DNA of 64,000 nucleotides from NCBI RefSeq assembly GCF_055900595.2, contig NZ_CM148325.1; one strand, 5' to 3'. Shown piece by piece: positions 51,582 to 64,000 of this stretch (position 1 is its first letter; each line of letters starts with the position of its first letter). The notes under the pieces were generated by a model. It saw only the letters and a program-made list of their open reading frames with translations, ran no database searches and was not told where the DNA came from. The position numbers and the translations under genes were made by a program.

Positions 51582-52391
51582 ATGGAAAAGAAAATCGGTT
51601 TTATTGGCTGCGGCAATATGGGAAAAGCCATTCTCGGCGGTCTGATTGCCAGCGGTCAGGTGCTTCCAGGGCAAATCTGGGTATATACCCCCTCCCCGGA
51701 TAAAGTCGCCGCCCTGCATGACCAGTTCGGCATCAACGCCGCAGAATCGGCGCAAGAAGTGGCGCAAATCGCCGACATCATTTTTGCCGCCGTTAAACCA
51801 GGCATCATGATTAAAGTGCTTAGCGAAATCACCTCCAGCCTGAATAAAGACTCTCTGGTCGTTTCTATTGCAGCAGGTGTCACGCTCGACCAGCTTGCCC
51901 GCGCGCTGGGCCATGACCGGAAAATTATCCGCGCCATGCCGAACACTCCCGCACTGGTTAATGCCGGGATGACCTCCGTAACGCCAAACGCGCTGGTAAC
52001 CCCAGAAGATACCGCTGATGTGCTGAATATTTTCCGCTGCTTTGGCGAAGCGGAAGTAATTGCCGAGCCGATGATCCACCCGGTGGTCGGTGTGAGCGGT
52101 TCTTCGCCAGCCTACGTCTTTATGTTTATCGAAGCGATGGCCGACGCCGCCGTGCTGGGCGGGATGCCACGCGCCCAGGCGTATAAATTTGCCGCTCAGG
52201 CGGTAATGGGTTCCGCAAAAATGGTGCTGGAAACGGGAGAACATCCGGGGGCACTGAAAGATATGGTCTGCTCACCGGGAGGCACCACCATTGAGGCGGT
52301 ACGCGTACTGGAAGAGAAAGGCTTCCGTGCCGCAGTAATCGAAGCGATGACGAAGTGTATGGAAAAATCAGAAAAACTCAGCAAATCCTGA
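51582..52391 (+). CDS. proC: pyrroline-5-carboxylate reductase
   Basis: Start set to [20 protein letters not shown] (269 aa). Confidence 0.95.
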   Translation: MEKKIGFIGCGNMGKAILGGLIASGQVLPGQIWVYTPSPDKVAALHDQFGINAAESAQEVAQIADIIFAAVKPGIMIKVLSEITSSLNKDSLVVSIAAGVTLDQLARALGHDRKIIRAMPNTPALVNAGMTSVTPNALVTPEDTADVLNIFRCFGEAEVIAEPMIHPVVGVSGSSPAYVFMFIEAMADAAVLGGMPRAQAYKFAAQAVMGSAKMVLETGEHPGALKDMVCSPGGTTIEAVRVLEEKGFRAAVIEAMTKCMEKSEKLSKS

Positions 52392-52407
52392 TGATTTTTG
52401 CCGGACG

Positions 52408-53523
52408 TCAGGCCGCCACTTCGGTGCGGTTACGTCCTGCTTTCTTTGCTTTGTAGAGCGCCAAATCTGCCGATTTCAACCACTCCCGATAGTGACTCAT
52501 TTGTGGATTCAGCGGCGCAACCCCCACACTAATCCGTAATGTTACCTGTGGCGTATTCGGCAAACGTAACGTGTTTAGCCCTTCATGCACCCGTAACATG
52601 GCGGTAATGGCGCTCTCAGCTGGCGTACCGGACATGATCACCGCAAACTCATCGCCGCCAAACCGACCAATCACATCGCTACCGCGCAGGGTTATTTGTA
52701 ACTGTCGGGTAAGCGCCACAATCGCTTCATCGCCCACATCATGGCCCCAGGTATCGTTGATGCTCTTGAAATGGTCGATATCGATAATCAGTAATGTCGC
52801 ATCGCGGTTATGCCGCCGACAGTTATCAAATTCATTGCGTAACATCGTTTCCCAATGACGTCGGTTATACACGCCCGTCATACCGTCGCGGGTACTCATG
52901 ACCTGCAACCTGCGTTTATGTTCCGCCAGTTTAGTCGCCGTCTGGTAGCTGACCCAGCCAAACAGCAGAGGATAAATGACGATAATGGGAAGGGAGAGCC
53001 ACCATTCCAGCGGCGCACTATTGAACGACACGGTGATACCCGTCAGTTCGAGGGTGACAAGGCAGGAAACCACCATCAACACCAGACCCGCGACAAACAA
53101 ACGGGGGCCGCCTGCCCCCATCAAATTCAGACACATAATCATCAACATCGCGGTGGAAGGCAGCACGTTTACGCCCATTACGCCTACCCACATTCCCGCT
53201 AATACTGCATCGGTTTTTAAGTTATAAATTTCCCGGCTAAGCGGATCGACAGCCCTACTCGCAATCTGCCAGGCTAAATGCGGCCAGACGAACGCCCAGC
53301 CGACCAACACCAGCCACCACCAGCCCGGCGGCGGGTGCGAAACCAGCGTTGAAGCAATCGGTAAGAACATGCCAGCCAGGCCAACCGCGCGGGGTAGTCT
53401 GACGCGACGGGCGAAGCGCAGCCCGGACCGCTGATGTTCGTTTTGAGGAGTTAAAGGAGGTTCCTCCCCATGCGCCGCCGCTTTTTTGAAAAAGTTTTCA
53501 TCATTCATTATTTTTGGGAACAT
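52408..53523 (-). CDS. dgcC: diguanylate cyclase DgcC (AdrA/YaiC)
   Basis: 371 aa; membrane MASE2-like N-terminus and GGDEF motif (RFGGDEF). Confidence 0.93.
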   Translation of the reverse strand: MFPKIMNDENFFKKAAAHGEEPPLTPQNEHQRSGLRFARRVRLPRAVGLAGMFLPIASTLVSHPPPGWWWLVLVGWAFVWPHLAWQIASRAVDPLSREIYNLKTDAVLAGMWVGVMGVNVLPSTAMLMIMCLNLMGAGGPRLFVAGLVLMVVSCLVTLELTGITVSFNSAPLEWWLSLPIIVIYPLLFGWVSYQTATKLAEHKRRLQVMSTRDGMTGVYNRRHWETMLRNEFDNCRRHNRDATLLIIDIDHFKSINDTWGHDVGDEAIVALTRQLQITLRGSDVIGRFGGDEFAVIMSGTPAESAITAMLRVHEGLNTLRLPNTPQVTLRISVGVAPLNPQMSHYREWLKSADLALYKAKKAGRNRTEVAA

Positions 53524-53624
53524 TCAGAAACAATTTTCCCAAATTATAGAGACGGGGCTAAAGGCAGAAGTATGAAATTTCGGGTGAGCCATTTTCGTAG
53601 CTCACCCGTTAGCACTATCAGGTA

Positions 53625-53945
53625 TCACGCGGCTTTCTTGAGGCAGGCACTCATAAACTTATTACGATCATCACCTTTCAGAGATTGTTGCGTTGCTTGA
53701 TTATTACATTCGCGCATCTTTTGCTGCTGTGGCGTCAAACTTTTTTCATCAGACGCAGACTTGCTGTTCTTCAGGCAATCACTCATGTAGGTCTTACGAG
53801 CATCCCCTTTCAACGCCTGCGCCGTCGCCTGCTGATTACAGGAGGTCATACGCTGTTGTTGCGGGGTTAAGGTTCTCTCGGCAGCGCCGACGGTGGTTAA
53901 AAAAACCAGTCCGAAAAGCAAGGTAACCAGTAATGTTATTTTCAT
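53625..53945 (-). CDS. psiF: phosphate starvation-inducible protein PsiF
   Basis: Start set to MKITLLVTLLFGLVFLTTVGA (106 aa); tandem duplicated motif. Confidence 0.92.
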   Translation of the reverse strand: MKITLLVTLLFGLVFLTTVGAAERTLTPQQQRMTSCNQQATAQALKGDARKTYMSDCLKNSKSASDEKSLTPQQQKMRECNNQATQQSLKGDDRNKFMSACLKKAA

Positions 53946-54063
53946 AGCACCATCCCTCTTCATGTTTTAACCATGAGCGTTTGCGCCCGTGATCTGCCAT
54001 TAAGTCTGGTTGCTAACCGCAAAAAAACCACCCGACAGCGAAAATTCACCGCCGGGCGCGGTT

Positions 54064-55479
54064 TTATTTCAGCCCCAGGGCGGCTTTCATGGTGTAGAAG
54101 AGATCGGTCTGGTCGGTCAGTCCAACGACATTGGCGGCATGTGGGCCATACGCCGCAATACGCAGCTGACTACCGGTATGTTCTTGTGAATCCTCTTCGG
54201 AGTTCCCGTAACTCATTACCATCACCGCGCCATCTTTGGTATTTAGCGCCTGGGTGAGGCCCGGCGCTTTGGTGTCCGGCGCGACAATCTGGCTGGCGTG
54301 GGCGTGATCAGCGGTGACTATGACCAGCGTGTTGCCATCCTTTTTAGCGAATTCCAGCGCCCGTTGTACGGCTTCGTCGAGATCGACCGTCTCGCCAATT
54401 TGCCCACAAGGATTCGCCGCGTGATCCTGTTTATCGATTGATGCACCTTCAACTTGCAGGAAAAAGCCTTTCTCATTTTTACTCAACAATTCAATGGCTT
54501 TATCAGTCATCTGCGCCAGGGTCGGTACGCTGTCATTACGTTGCGGATTAGGCGTACAGGTAACTGCGGGCTTGTCGATATTGCCGTGGTACGTTGCTTT
54601 CGGTCCTTGCCTGCGCACTGGCATATTGCCGTCAGCAAACAGGCCAAGCAGGGGTTTTTGCTGGTTCGCTTCCGTCACTGCGTTCAGCGAGGCAGCGTCG
54701 TTCACTAACTGATAACCACGCACCTGCGCCTGTTCACGCAGCGTTTTTCCCTGCCATTCACCAGCGGTTGCCGTTTCCGCAAAGGTTTTTGCGCCGCCGC
54801 CAAGCGTAACATCGGCACGGGCGTTAAGCAGCTGTTCGGTAATCGATCCTTTTCCGCCTTTTTCCAGCGCGTTACCCGGACATTTTTCACTGGTCGCGCT
54901 CGGACCGTAGCATTTGCGCGAAGTCACATGCGCCACCAACGCGGCGGGAGTGGCATCCTGCAACTCTGCGGTAGAAACGTTACCGGTCGCCAGCCCTGCG
55001 GCTTTTGCCATTTCCAGAATCGTTGGGTGATCTTTTTCATGAATATCGACACCCAATGCGCCGTTATAGGTTTTGACACCGGTTGACCAGGCAGTTGCGG
55101 ATGCAGCCGAGTCGGTAACGTAGTCCGGTTTGCCGGTTTTTTTATTCAGCGCATAGTGAGTGTATTGCCCGGTAAGCGGTAAGGCATCAATACCTTTAAA
55201 AAAGCCGCCCGCACCTTCGGCATAATTACGTGCGGCAGTAATTTCCGAATCCCCCATCCCATCGCCAATCAGCAAAATAATATTTTTTGCAGGCTTATCG
55301 CTAAGAGAATCACGCAGAGCGGCGCTCTGATCACCCGTTAAGCGGCGAGCACCGCCGGGTGCAGTAATATCGCCCTGAGCAGCCCGGTTTTCCAGAACAG
55401 GCATTTCTGGTGTCCGGGCTTTTGTCACAGGGGAAAACAGTAACGGTAAGAGTGCCAGTGCAATAGTGCTTTGTTTCAC
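54064..55479 (-). CDS. phoA: alkaline phosphatase
   Basis: 471 aa from GTG start; signal peptide [20 protein letters not shown]; active-site DSAASA. Confidence 0.97.
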   Translation of the reverse strand: MKQSTIALALLPLLFSPVTKARTPEMPVLENRAAQGDITAPGGARRLTGDQSAALRDSLSDKPAKNIILLIGDGMGDSEITAARNYAEGAGGFFKGIDALPLTGQYTHYALNKKTGKPDYVTDSAASATAWSTGVKTYNGALGVDIHEKDHPTILEMAKAAGLATGNVSTAELQDATPAALVAHVTSRKCYGPSATSEKCPGNALEKGGKGSITEQLLNARADVTLGGGAKTFAETATAGEWQGKTLREQAQVRGYQLVNDAASLNAVTEANQQKPLLGLFADGNMPVRRQGPKATYHGNIDKPAVTCTPNPQRNDSVPTLAQMTDKAIELLSKNEKGFFLQVEGASIDKQDHAANPCGQIGETVDLDEAVQRALEFAKKDGNTLVIVTADHAHASQIVAPDTKAPGLTQALNTKDGAVMVMSYGNSEEDSQEHTGSQLRIAAYGPHAANVVGLTDQTDLFYTMKAALGLK

Positions 55480-55540
55480 TTTATTTTCTCCATGTACAAA
55501 TACATTAAAAATAAAAACAAAGCGACTATAAGTCTCGGCC

Positions 55541-55558
55541 GTGACAGCTTTATGACAG
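55541..55558 (-). promoter_or_regulatory. Pho box of the phoA promoter
   Basis: Minus strand reads ctgtcataaagctgtcac about 60 nt upstream of the phoA start. Confidence 0.85.
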
Positions 55559-55578
55559 CTGTTGAAAAGATTACCTTT

Positions 55579-55839
55579 TTACTGACGAGGATGCTTCAAT
55601 AACTTCTTTACATAATTGCGCAGCAGCTCCGTATCGTCGTCAGGAATGCTGGCATCGGGCTTTACCTCGTAAAGTGCCCCCTCTACCTGATCAATCAACC
55701 GCTGTTGGTCATTTTGCGCCATATTACGAAGCATTGCAGTGACGATAATCTCCAGTGCTTCTACCTGCGCGCACAGTTCTTTCGACTCTTCTTCTTTTTG
55801 GGCAAGCTTAAATAACAACTCAGCAATGAGATTTTTCAT
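55579..55839 (-). CDS. iraP: anti-adapter protein IraP
   Basis: 86 aa; [22 protein letters not shown]. Confidence 0.94.
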   Translation of the reverse strand: MKNLIAELLFKLAQKEEESKELCAQVEALEIIVTAMLRNMAQNDQQRLIDQVEGALYEVKPDASIPDDDTELLRNYVKKLLKHPRQ

Positions 55840-56301
55840 GTCTGTATTTCCTTATCCAAAGTATGGAGAAGTTAACATTATGCTTCACAACTTCATAGTG
55901 TCTGGAGGTAGTATTTTTATGACGAATGAAATACTTTGCACAAATATTTTTTCCATATTTATCAGCGAAACGTTTCTCTTATTTAAATAAGTAACCATAC
56001 AAAGTATAGGTTTTTAATTATCAACCTTTATTATAAGTAAAAGTTATGAAATATATTCTCTTTGCTAACTTATAATTAAGAGAAAAAAACTCACTGCATG
56101 GCCATTTAAACCAGGAATAAATTAGCTTCCCGTTCATCATTTTTGTGATCTTGCGCACATCTTTGAGATAACGCACTTTCTTCACCAGTACGTTGCACAC
56201 TTTGTCAGTAGAAGATTGCAACATTCTGTCATAAGGCCGCGAATCCCCCGTTTTGTCGTGGTAATGTATGCACTTTGTGTTAGACGGGATAGGTTTTCAA
56301 G

Positions 56302-57396
56302 ATGGAAAAACTGCGGGTAGGAATCGTTTTTGGTGGTAAATCAGCGGAACATGAAGTGTCTTTGCAATCGGCAAAAAACATTGTCGATGCCATTGATAAA
56401 AGTCGCTTCGACGTTGTGCTGCTGGGCATTGATAAACAAGGGCAATGGCACGTCAGCGATGCCAACAATTATCTGCTAAATGCAGACGATCCTGCCCATA
56501 TTGCGTTGCGCCCTTCGGCGACCAGTCTTGCGCAGGTGCCTGGTAAACATGAGCATCAGCTTATCGACGCGCAAAACGGTCAGCCATTGCCGACGGTGGA
56601 TGTCATTTTCCCGATTGTTCACGGTACGCTAGGCGAAGATGGTTCCTTGCAGGGAATGCTGCGGGTCGCCAATTTACCGTTTGTGGGTTCTGATGTTCTG
56701 GCGTCAGCAGCCTGTATGGATAAAGATGTCACCAAACGTCTGCTACGCGATGCCGGGCTGAACATTGCGCCATTTATTACCCTGACACGCACCAATCGTC
56801 AAAACATCAGTTTTGCCGAAGTGAAGTCAAAACTGGGGTTACCGCTGTTTGTAAAACCCGCTAACCAAGGCTCTTCTGTTGGTGTCAGCAAAGTAACCAG
56901 TGAAGAAGAGTACGCAATTGCCGTCGATCTGGCGTTCGAGTTCGATCATAAAGTGATCGTTGAGCAAGGGATCAAAGGTCGTGAGATCGAATGCGCGGTT
57001 CTGGGCAACGACAATCCGCAAGCCAGTACCTGTGGCGAGATCGTACTAACCAGCGATTTTTATGCCTACGACACCAAGTACATTGACGAAGATGGCGCGA
57101 AAGTGGTAGTTCCGGCAGCCATTGCGCCAGAAATCAACGATAAGATCCGGGCGATTGCCGTTCAGGCTTATCAGACGTTGGGATGCGCAGGCATGGCGCG
57201 TGTAGACGTGTTTTTAACCCCAGAGAACGAAGTGGTGATCAACGAGATCAACACACTGCCAGGCTTCACCAACATCAGTATGTATCCGAAGCTGTGGCAA
57301 GCCAGCGGTTTGGGTTACACCGACCTGATCACACGTCTGATCGAGTTGGCGCTGGAGCGTCACGCTGCGGATAACGCATTGAAAACCACAATGTAA
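56302..57396 (+). CDS. ddlA: D-alanine--D-alanine ligase A
   Basis: 364 aa; ATP-grasp. Confidence 0.96.
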   Translation: MEKLRVGIVFGGKSAEHEVSLQSAKNIVDAIDKSRFDVVLLGIDKQGQWHVSDANNYLLNADDPAHIALRPSATSLAQVPGKHEHQLIDAQNGQPLPTVDVIFPIVHGTLGEDGSLQGMLRVANLPFVGSDVLASAACMDKDVTKRLLRDAGLNIAPFITLTRTNRQNISFAEVKSKLGLPLFVKPANQGSSVGVSKVTSEEEYAIAVDLAFEFDHKVIVEQGIKGREIECAVLGNDNPQASTCGEIVLTSDFYAYDTKYIDEDGAKVVVPAAIAPEINDKIRAIAVQAYQTLGCAGMARVDVFLTPENEVVINEINTLPGFTNISMYPKLWQASGLGYTDLITRLIELALERHAADNALKTTM

Positions 57397-57401
57397 TTTT
57401 T

Positions 57402-57430
57402 AAATGCCCAATAACTGTAATTGGGCATTT
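57402..57430 (+). terminator. hairpin terminator after ddlA
   Basis: aaatgcccaat-aactgta-attgggcattt, perfect 11-bp stem. Confidence 0.75.
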
Positions 57431-57441
57431 AAGATTGTAAG

Positions 57442-57533
57442 ATTGCCTGATGCGCTTTGCTTATCAGGCCTACAAGATAATTGCAATATACTGATTTTGT
57501 AGGCAGGATAAGGCGTTCGCGCCGCATCCGGCA
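57442..57533. repeat. REP/BIME palindromic units
   Basis: ttgcctgatgcgctttgcttatcaggcctac and inverted gtaggcaggataaggcgttcgcgccgcatccggca. Confidence 0.85.
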
Positions 57534-57578
57534 AAAACAACGAGCACTTTGTCAGCCCCCAGAACGCCCAGTCCTCTG

Positions 57579-57791
57579 TTATTGGGCGTTTTCAGTTTCT
57601 TCATCGCGACGACGAATAATCAGCCCCGCGAGCCAGAAACTAATCACCCACGTCACCAGACCAACGGCATAGGTCTGCCAACCTTTTGCTTCAAATCCCA
57701 GTAACCCCACCACGCCATTAAGAATGAATATCAGGCCAATGGCGAACGCATAGTAGTGCCAGTCACGGCGAATTTTTACAGGCAGACTCAT
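57579..57791 (-). CDS. yaiZ: small inner-membrane protein YaiZ
   Basis: Start set to MSLPVKIRRDWHYYAFAIGL (70 aa), two TM segments. Confidence 0.85.
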   Translation of the reverse strand: MSLPVKIRRDWHYYAFAIGLIFILNGVVGLLGFEAKGWQTYAVGLVTWVISFWLAGLIIRRRDEETENAQ

Positions 57792-58050
57792 GGCAGCTCC
57801 GTTAACGAAAAATAACATCTTCGCATAATCGATAACTTACGTCTGTGGGGTAGACAGCATTTCCCGTATCGTTAAAAAATTTAACTTAAAGTTACCGTTT
57901 TGTGACTCGTGACAAATATTCCCGCTTCGGGAATATTCCCAACATCAATTTACCATGATTCTGATATTGACAATCTAAATGTCCTGTCAGACTTGCCATA
58001 AGCCGCTGGTATGACACCAGAAGAGAAGCAGATGACTTCCGGAGGTTTTT

Positions 58051-58359
58051 ATGGCTGATTTCACCCTGTCAAAATCGCTGTTTAGCGGAAAATATCGCAA
58101 TGCCTCTTCTACGCCTGGCAACATTGCCTATGCGTTGTTTGTGCTGTTTTGCTTTTGGGCTGGGGCGCAATTGCTGAACCTGTTAGTGCATGCGCCCGGC
58201 GTCTATGAGCGTTTAATGCAGGCTCAGGAAACAGGCCGCCCACGGGTGGAAATTGGTTTAGGTGTCGGTACCATTTTCGGGCTGATCCCATTTTTAATTG
58301 GCTGCTTCATTTTTGCAGTGGTGGCGCTATGGCTGCACTGGCGACATCGCCGCCAGTAA
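58051..58359 (+). CDS. yaiY: inner-membrane protein YaiY
   Basis: 102 aa; hydrophobic TM segments. Confidence 0.9.
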   Translation: MADFTLSKSLFSGKYRNASSTPGNIAYALFVLFCFWAGAQLLNLLVHAPGVYERLMQAQETGRPRVEIGLGVGTIFGLIPFLIGCFIFAVVALWLHWRHRRQ

Positions 58360-58417
58360 GATTTACGTTTCCAGATGCCGCCTAAAACGCCTTATCTGGC
58401 AAGACGTTCCTGTTTGA

Positions 58418-59512
58418 TCACTGTTTCATACAACTCGCCCGCCGTTCGTCTACGCGCTTCGCAAACCAGGCCGTAGTCAGATTGCGGGTAATTTTCGGGC
58501 TTTCCAGTTGGATGCCGGGCAACATTTCGCGGGGTAGTGATCTACCCGTTTTCGCTTCGGCAAGTTGATAAACTTTCTTGTACAGCGCAGTCTCCTCAAA
58601 AGAGAAGCTGTCCCCTTTCTCTAACTGACGGCGAATTTCGCTGTCGCTCATCCCCAGTTTGCCTGCCAGTTTGCGCGTTGCCAGCTCTGTTTTCCCAGGT
58701 TCTTTACTGTCGTAACGAATTAAATCACCGTCCAGCGCCAGCTTCATGCCAGTGGCCTTACTGACCGCGTTCTGAAAAGCGGCATTACGGCTGGCGTACC
58801 AGCCAGCGTTAAAATCGGCAAAACGGTATATCGGCGCGCTATAACTGGCGGGATAATTCAGTAAATGGTAAGTTCCGAACCACAATCCGCCGCGGCGACT
58901 GAAGACTTCCTGACGGACTGTACCGTCCATTTTCCACGGATACCCTTTGGTATGCTGTTCGGCAAACGCAATGCTGACCTGCATCGGTCCACCGGTACGC
59001 ACTGGATTAAGCGAACCAAACAGCGTCTGCCCCATTGGCACCATGCTGATCAAATCGTCAAAAATCGCGCTTAATTGCTTTTCTGTACGCACAGAATCTA
59101 ACCGCTCACTATAACTTTTGCCGTTTGGCGATTTGATTTTTAGCGCGGTATGAACCAGAAAAGCAGGGATGTGCATCCGTTCGGCACGACGGTCAATCTC
59201 TTGCCATGCTATCTTGCTTAAGCCCGGAACGGGCGGATCTGCCTGATAATTTGACTCCTGTTGCGCCACCGCCAGCACCGAGCAGACATTTTCCAGCGTC
59301 GGTGCCAGCCCCTGACTTTCAAACGTGGTGGCAAGATCTTTCGCCCAGGCATCGCGGTCTTTCACACTCGCGGGCATCTTCTGCCGCACGACGCTCGCCA
59401 CATCTATCGCTTTTTCGCCCTTTTTCAACGGTTGCGGAGCCTGACTACTACACCCTGCTAAAACCAGAACCGCCAACAACGAAAGCGAAGATAGATGATT
59501 GACGCGCGACAT
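58418..59512 (-). CDS. yaiW: outer-membrane lipoprotein YaiW
   Basis: 364 aa; lipobox LAGC. Confidence 0.92.
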   Translation of the reverse strand: MSRVNHLSSLSLLAVLVLAGCSSQAPQPLKKGEKAIDVASVVRQKMPASVKDRDAWAKDLATTFESQGLAPTLENVCSVLAVAQQESNYQADPPVPGLSKIAWQEIDRRAERMHIPAFLVHTALKIKSPNGKSYSERLDSVRTEKQLSAIFDDLISMVPMGQTLFGSLNPVRTGGPMQVSIAFAEQHTKGYPWKMDGTVRQEVFSRRGGLWFGTYHLLNYPASYSAPIYRFADFNAGWYASRNAAFQNAVSKATGMKLALDGDLIRYDSKEPGKTELATRKLAGKLGMSDSEIRRQLEKGDSFSFEETALYKKVYQLAEAKTGRSLPREMLPGIQLESPKITRNLTTAWFAKRVDERRASCMKQ

Positions 59513-59524
59513 TACTTCTCCTTT

Positions 59525-60745
59525 TTAACTCAAGGTATGGGTTACTTCCTGAATTTTGTCACCATCCAGCTCATGTTCAAAGCTGCGCAGACGTTTGTAG
59601 ATAGACATCAACTCAACCAGCGTGGTCCATGAGTTAATCAGGTACTGAAAAGCACCGCGAACCTGACCAAAAACGTTGGTAATCTGCGTCATCAGGCCGA
59701 GCGTAATCGTACCGGCAACAATCGACGGAAACAGCAAGAACAAACCGAAAACGTTATCGACCTGCAAATAGAGAATGCGGGCGATGTTGAAATACATATA
59801 GTGAAAATAGAGGCGGAAATAGTTTTTCCGCACGGCGCTAAACAGCTCGCGTACCGTAGGCGGCGTCGCGCGCGATGCATCGTCTTCACCATAAACCAAC
59901 TCTTTACGGTAGGCAGCTTCTACACGCTGATTTTTAAACTCCAGTCCCGGCAGTTTGATCCCAACCACTGCCAGTAATCCGGTCCCCATCAACGACCATA
60001 CGATAGCAGCAATCACCAGACCATACGGAATATGCCCGACAATCGGCAGCTCTGGCACATGCGCAGAGAGCGTTACCAGTACCGGCAGGAAGGCGATCAA
60101 CGTCATAATAGCGTTGATAAAACTGACGCCCATATTCTCAAGCGTTGAAGCAAAACGCATGGTGTCTTCCTGCACACGCTGGGCGGCACCTTCGATATGA
60201 CGCAGTTGTTGCCAGTTCGCCATGTAATATTCGTTCATCGCCGTACGCCAGCGGAACACGTAGTGACTGACAAAGAAGTTGTTCAGCACACTGATCACCA
60301 CCGCGATCAGCGCAATCCCCAGAAAGACGCCCACTTCGCGGTAAAATTGTTCGATAGTGACTTTATGCGGCGAACTTAGCGCAGTTTGAATCAGATCATA
60401 AAACGGCGCATACCAGGCGTTGACGGCAACTCCAACTTCCACCAAAAACCAGGTGACGAAGATTATCAACGCAGTACCGAGTATTGACCAGTATTGCCAA
60501 CGATGCGGGCTATAAATAAACCAGAACAGTGCAAAAAGCCCTACGCAAACAATGTAGTAAGCGTAAAAAATCAGGAAATCTAACGACCAGAAACGCGCGG
60601 CGCTAATTGGGATCTGCCCGGAAGCTCCGGTGATGCGCGCCACCCAATCCCCCCCACCGGCTTGCCAGAAGATAACGGCAATCAATGCCCAAACAAAGGC
60701 CGAGAGAAAAAACGTTCCCGGCTTTGGGAAAAAAGACTTAAACAT
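59525..60745 (-). CDS. sbmA: peptide antibiotic/microcin transporter SbmA
   Basis: 406 aa from [21 protein letters not shown]. Confidence 0.95.
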   Translation of the reverse strand: MFKSFFPKPGTFFLSAFVWALIAVIFWQAGGGDWVARITGASGQIPISAARFWSLDFLIFYAYYIVCVGLFALFWFIYSPHRWQYWSILGTALIIFVTWFLVEVGVAVNAWYAPFYDLIQTALSSPHKVTIEQFYREVGVFLGIALIAVVISVLNNFFVSHYVFRWRTAMNEYYMANWQQLRHIEGAAQRVQEDTMRFASTLENMGVSFINAIMTLIAFLPVLVTLSAHVPELPIVGHIPYGLVIAAIVWSLMGTGLLAVVGIKLPGLEFKNQRVEAAYRKELVYGEDDASRATPPTVRELFSAVRKNYFRLYFHYMYFNIARILYLQVDNVFGLFLLFPSIVAGTITLGLMTQITNVFGQVRGAFQYLINSWTTLVELMSIYKRLRSFEHELDGDKIQEVTHTLS

Positions 60746-61096
60746 ATGCACTCCTGCTAACTTCTTATCGTTTTAACAACTGCTGTGTATTAACCGCATG
60801 ACCGCTACAAAGAATCAGCCAAATGAAACCGCCCATTGTGACCCATAGCAAGGCGCATAGTTCGCCAGCCTGACCATAAGAATTGTTTCGACGGATTTCA
60901 CAAACCAAAGATTGTTTACATTAGCGGATTAACACGCGCAGGATCACAAATGCAGGCATTGGTGAGCAGGAAAAAGATCGTGTTTACGCGCCGTTACGTT
61001 TTTAACACTATTATTGCACTAATTCGCCCTTTGCAATCCATCAATGAGTAGTATAAATACGCTCAGTTACCTTCATTCAATCTATGGACACCACCG

Positions 61097-62254
61097 TTGA
61101 AACGTAGTCTGCTTTTTTCTGCCGTGCTTTGTGCGGCGTTATTGACCCCCGTCCATGCGGCGCAGCCGATCACTGAACCGGAGTTCGCCTCTGATATTGT
61201 CGATCGTTATGCCGATCATATTTTTTATGGCAGTGGTGCCACGGGGATGGCGCTGGTTGTTATCGACGGTAACCAGCGCGTCTTTCGCAGTTATGGCGAA
61301 ACGCGCCCGGGTAATAATGTTCGCCCGCAGCTGGATTCGGTCGTGCGTATTGCTTCGCTTACCAAGCTAATGACCAGTGAGTTGCTGGTGAAATTGCTCG
61401 ACCAGGGGACCGTGAAGTTAAACGATCCGCTAAGTAAATATGCTCCACCAGGCGCACGCGTGCCGACTTACAATGGCACGCCTATTACCCTGGTGAATCT
61501 GGCAACCCATACCAGTGCCCTGCCCCGTGAACAGCCGGGAGGTGTGGCACATCGTCCAGTGTTTGTCTGGCCAACGCGCGAGCAACGCTGGAAATACCTT
61601 TCTACGGCGAAGCTGAAAGCCGCGCCAGGCAGTCAGGCGGCATACTCTAACCTTGCGTTCGACCTGCTGGCAGATGCACTGGCGAATGCTTCCGGCAAGC
61701 CTTATACCCAGTTGTTTGAAGAGCAGATTACCCGTCCATTGGGGATGAAAGACACCACCTACACCCCCTCGCCGGACCAGTGCCGCCGTTTAATGGTTGC
61801 AGAGCGCGGTGCCAGTCCATGCAATAACACGCTGGCGGCAATTGGCAGCGGCGGAGTCTATTCCACGCCTGGCGATATGATGCGCTGGATGCAGCAATAT
61901 TTGTCATCTGATTTTTATCAGCGCAGTAACCAGGCAGATCGTATGCAGACGTTGATTTATCAGCGCGCGCAGTTTACGAAAGTGATTGGCATGGATGTCC
62001 CCGGCAAAGCGGATGCGCTTGGTTTAGGCTGGGTATATATGGCCCCGAAAGAGGGTCGTCCGGGGATTATTCAGAAGACAGGTGGTGGTGGCGGTTTCAT
62101 TACCTATATGGCGATGATCCCGCAGAAGAATATTGGCGCGTTTGTGGTGGTTACTCGTTCGCCATTGACGCGCTTTAAAAATATGAGCGATGGCATCAAT
62201 GACCTGGTGACTGAACTGAGCGGGAATAAACCGTTGGTCATCCCCGCGTCCTGA
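61097..62254 (+). CDS. ampH: D-alanyl-D-alanine carboxypeptidase/endopeptidase AmpH
   Basis: 385 aa; signal peptide; SxxK active-site motif (ASLTK). Confidence 0.95.
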   Translation: MKRSLLFSAVLCAALLTPVHAAQPITEPEFASDIVDRYADHIFYGSGATGMALVVIDGNQRVFRSYGETRPGNNVRPQLDSVVRIASLTKLMTSELLVKLLDQGTVKLNDPLSKYAPPGARVPTYNGTPITLVNLATHTSALPREQPGGVAHRPVFVWPTREQRWKYLSTAKLKAAPGSQAAYSNLAFDLLADALANASGKPYTQLFEEQITRPLGMKDTTYTPSPDQCRRLMVAERGASPCNNTLAAIGSGGVYSTPGDMMRWMQQYLSSDFYQRSNQADRMQTLIYQRAQFTKVIGMDVPGKADALGLGWVYMAPKEGRPGIIQKTGGGGGFITYMAMIPQKNIGAFVVVTRSPLTRFKNMSDGINDLVTELSGNKPLVIPAS

Positions 62255-62937
<683 letters not shown>

Positions 62938-62951
62938 AACCTATTTCTTCA

Positions 62952-64000
<1,049 letters not shown>

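Noticed and set aside
51489-52244. 251-aa ORF on the minus strand
   Set aside because: Antisense within proC

Overview
The window is an Escherichia coli-type chromosomal backbone. By gene order and protein N-termini it matches the K-12 region yaiU-yaiV-ampH-sbmA-ddlA-phoA-proC-aroL-rdgC-mak-araJ-sbcCD-phoBR-brnQ-proY-malZ-acpH-queA-tgt-yajC-secDF-tsx-nrdR-ribD-ribH-nusB-thiL-pgpA-yajO-dxs-ispA-xseB-thiI-yajL-panE-yajQ-yajR-cyoEDCB, read in reverse orientation. Almost all of the window is ordinary conserved housekeeping DNA with REP/BIME repeats, hairpin terminators and two recognisable Pho boxes. Four short, visibly AT-rich insertions interrupt this backbone at places where, from memory of K-12, intergenic gaps are short: (1) about 2.4 kb between cyoE and yajR carrying a DUF1778-antitoxin/GNAT-toxin pair plus a secreted Sel1-repeat protein; (2) about 1.9 kb between yajO and pgpA carrying a 509-aa pentapeptide-repeat protein that looks like a type III effector; (3) about 1.6 kb between acpH and malZ carrying a 481-aa protein with a candidate papain/OTU-like Cys loop; (4) about 2.9 kb between rdgC and ppnP carrying a translationally coupled pair, a 762-aa signal-peptide protein and a 102-aa protein. 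None of the four has a flanking integrase, transposase or tRNA. The two-gene unit in (4) and the 481-aa protein in (3) are the best candidates for undescribed biology; all functional calls on the inserted genes are inference from sequence motifs, since no database search could be run. No rRNA, tRNA or CRISPR array was seen.
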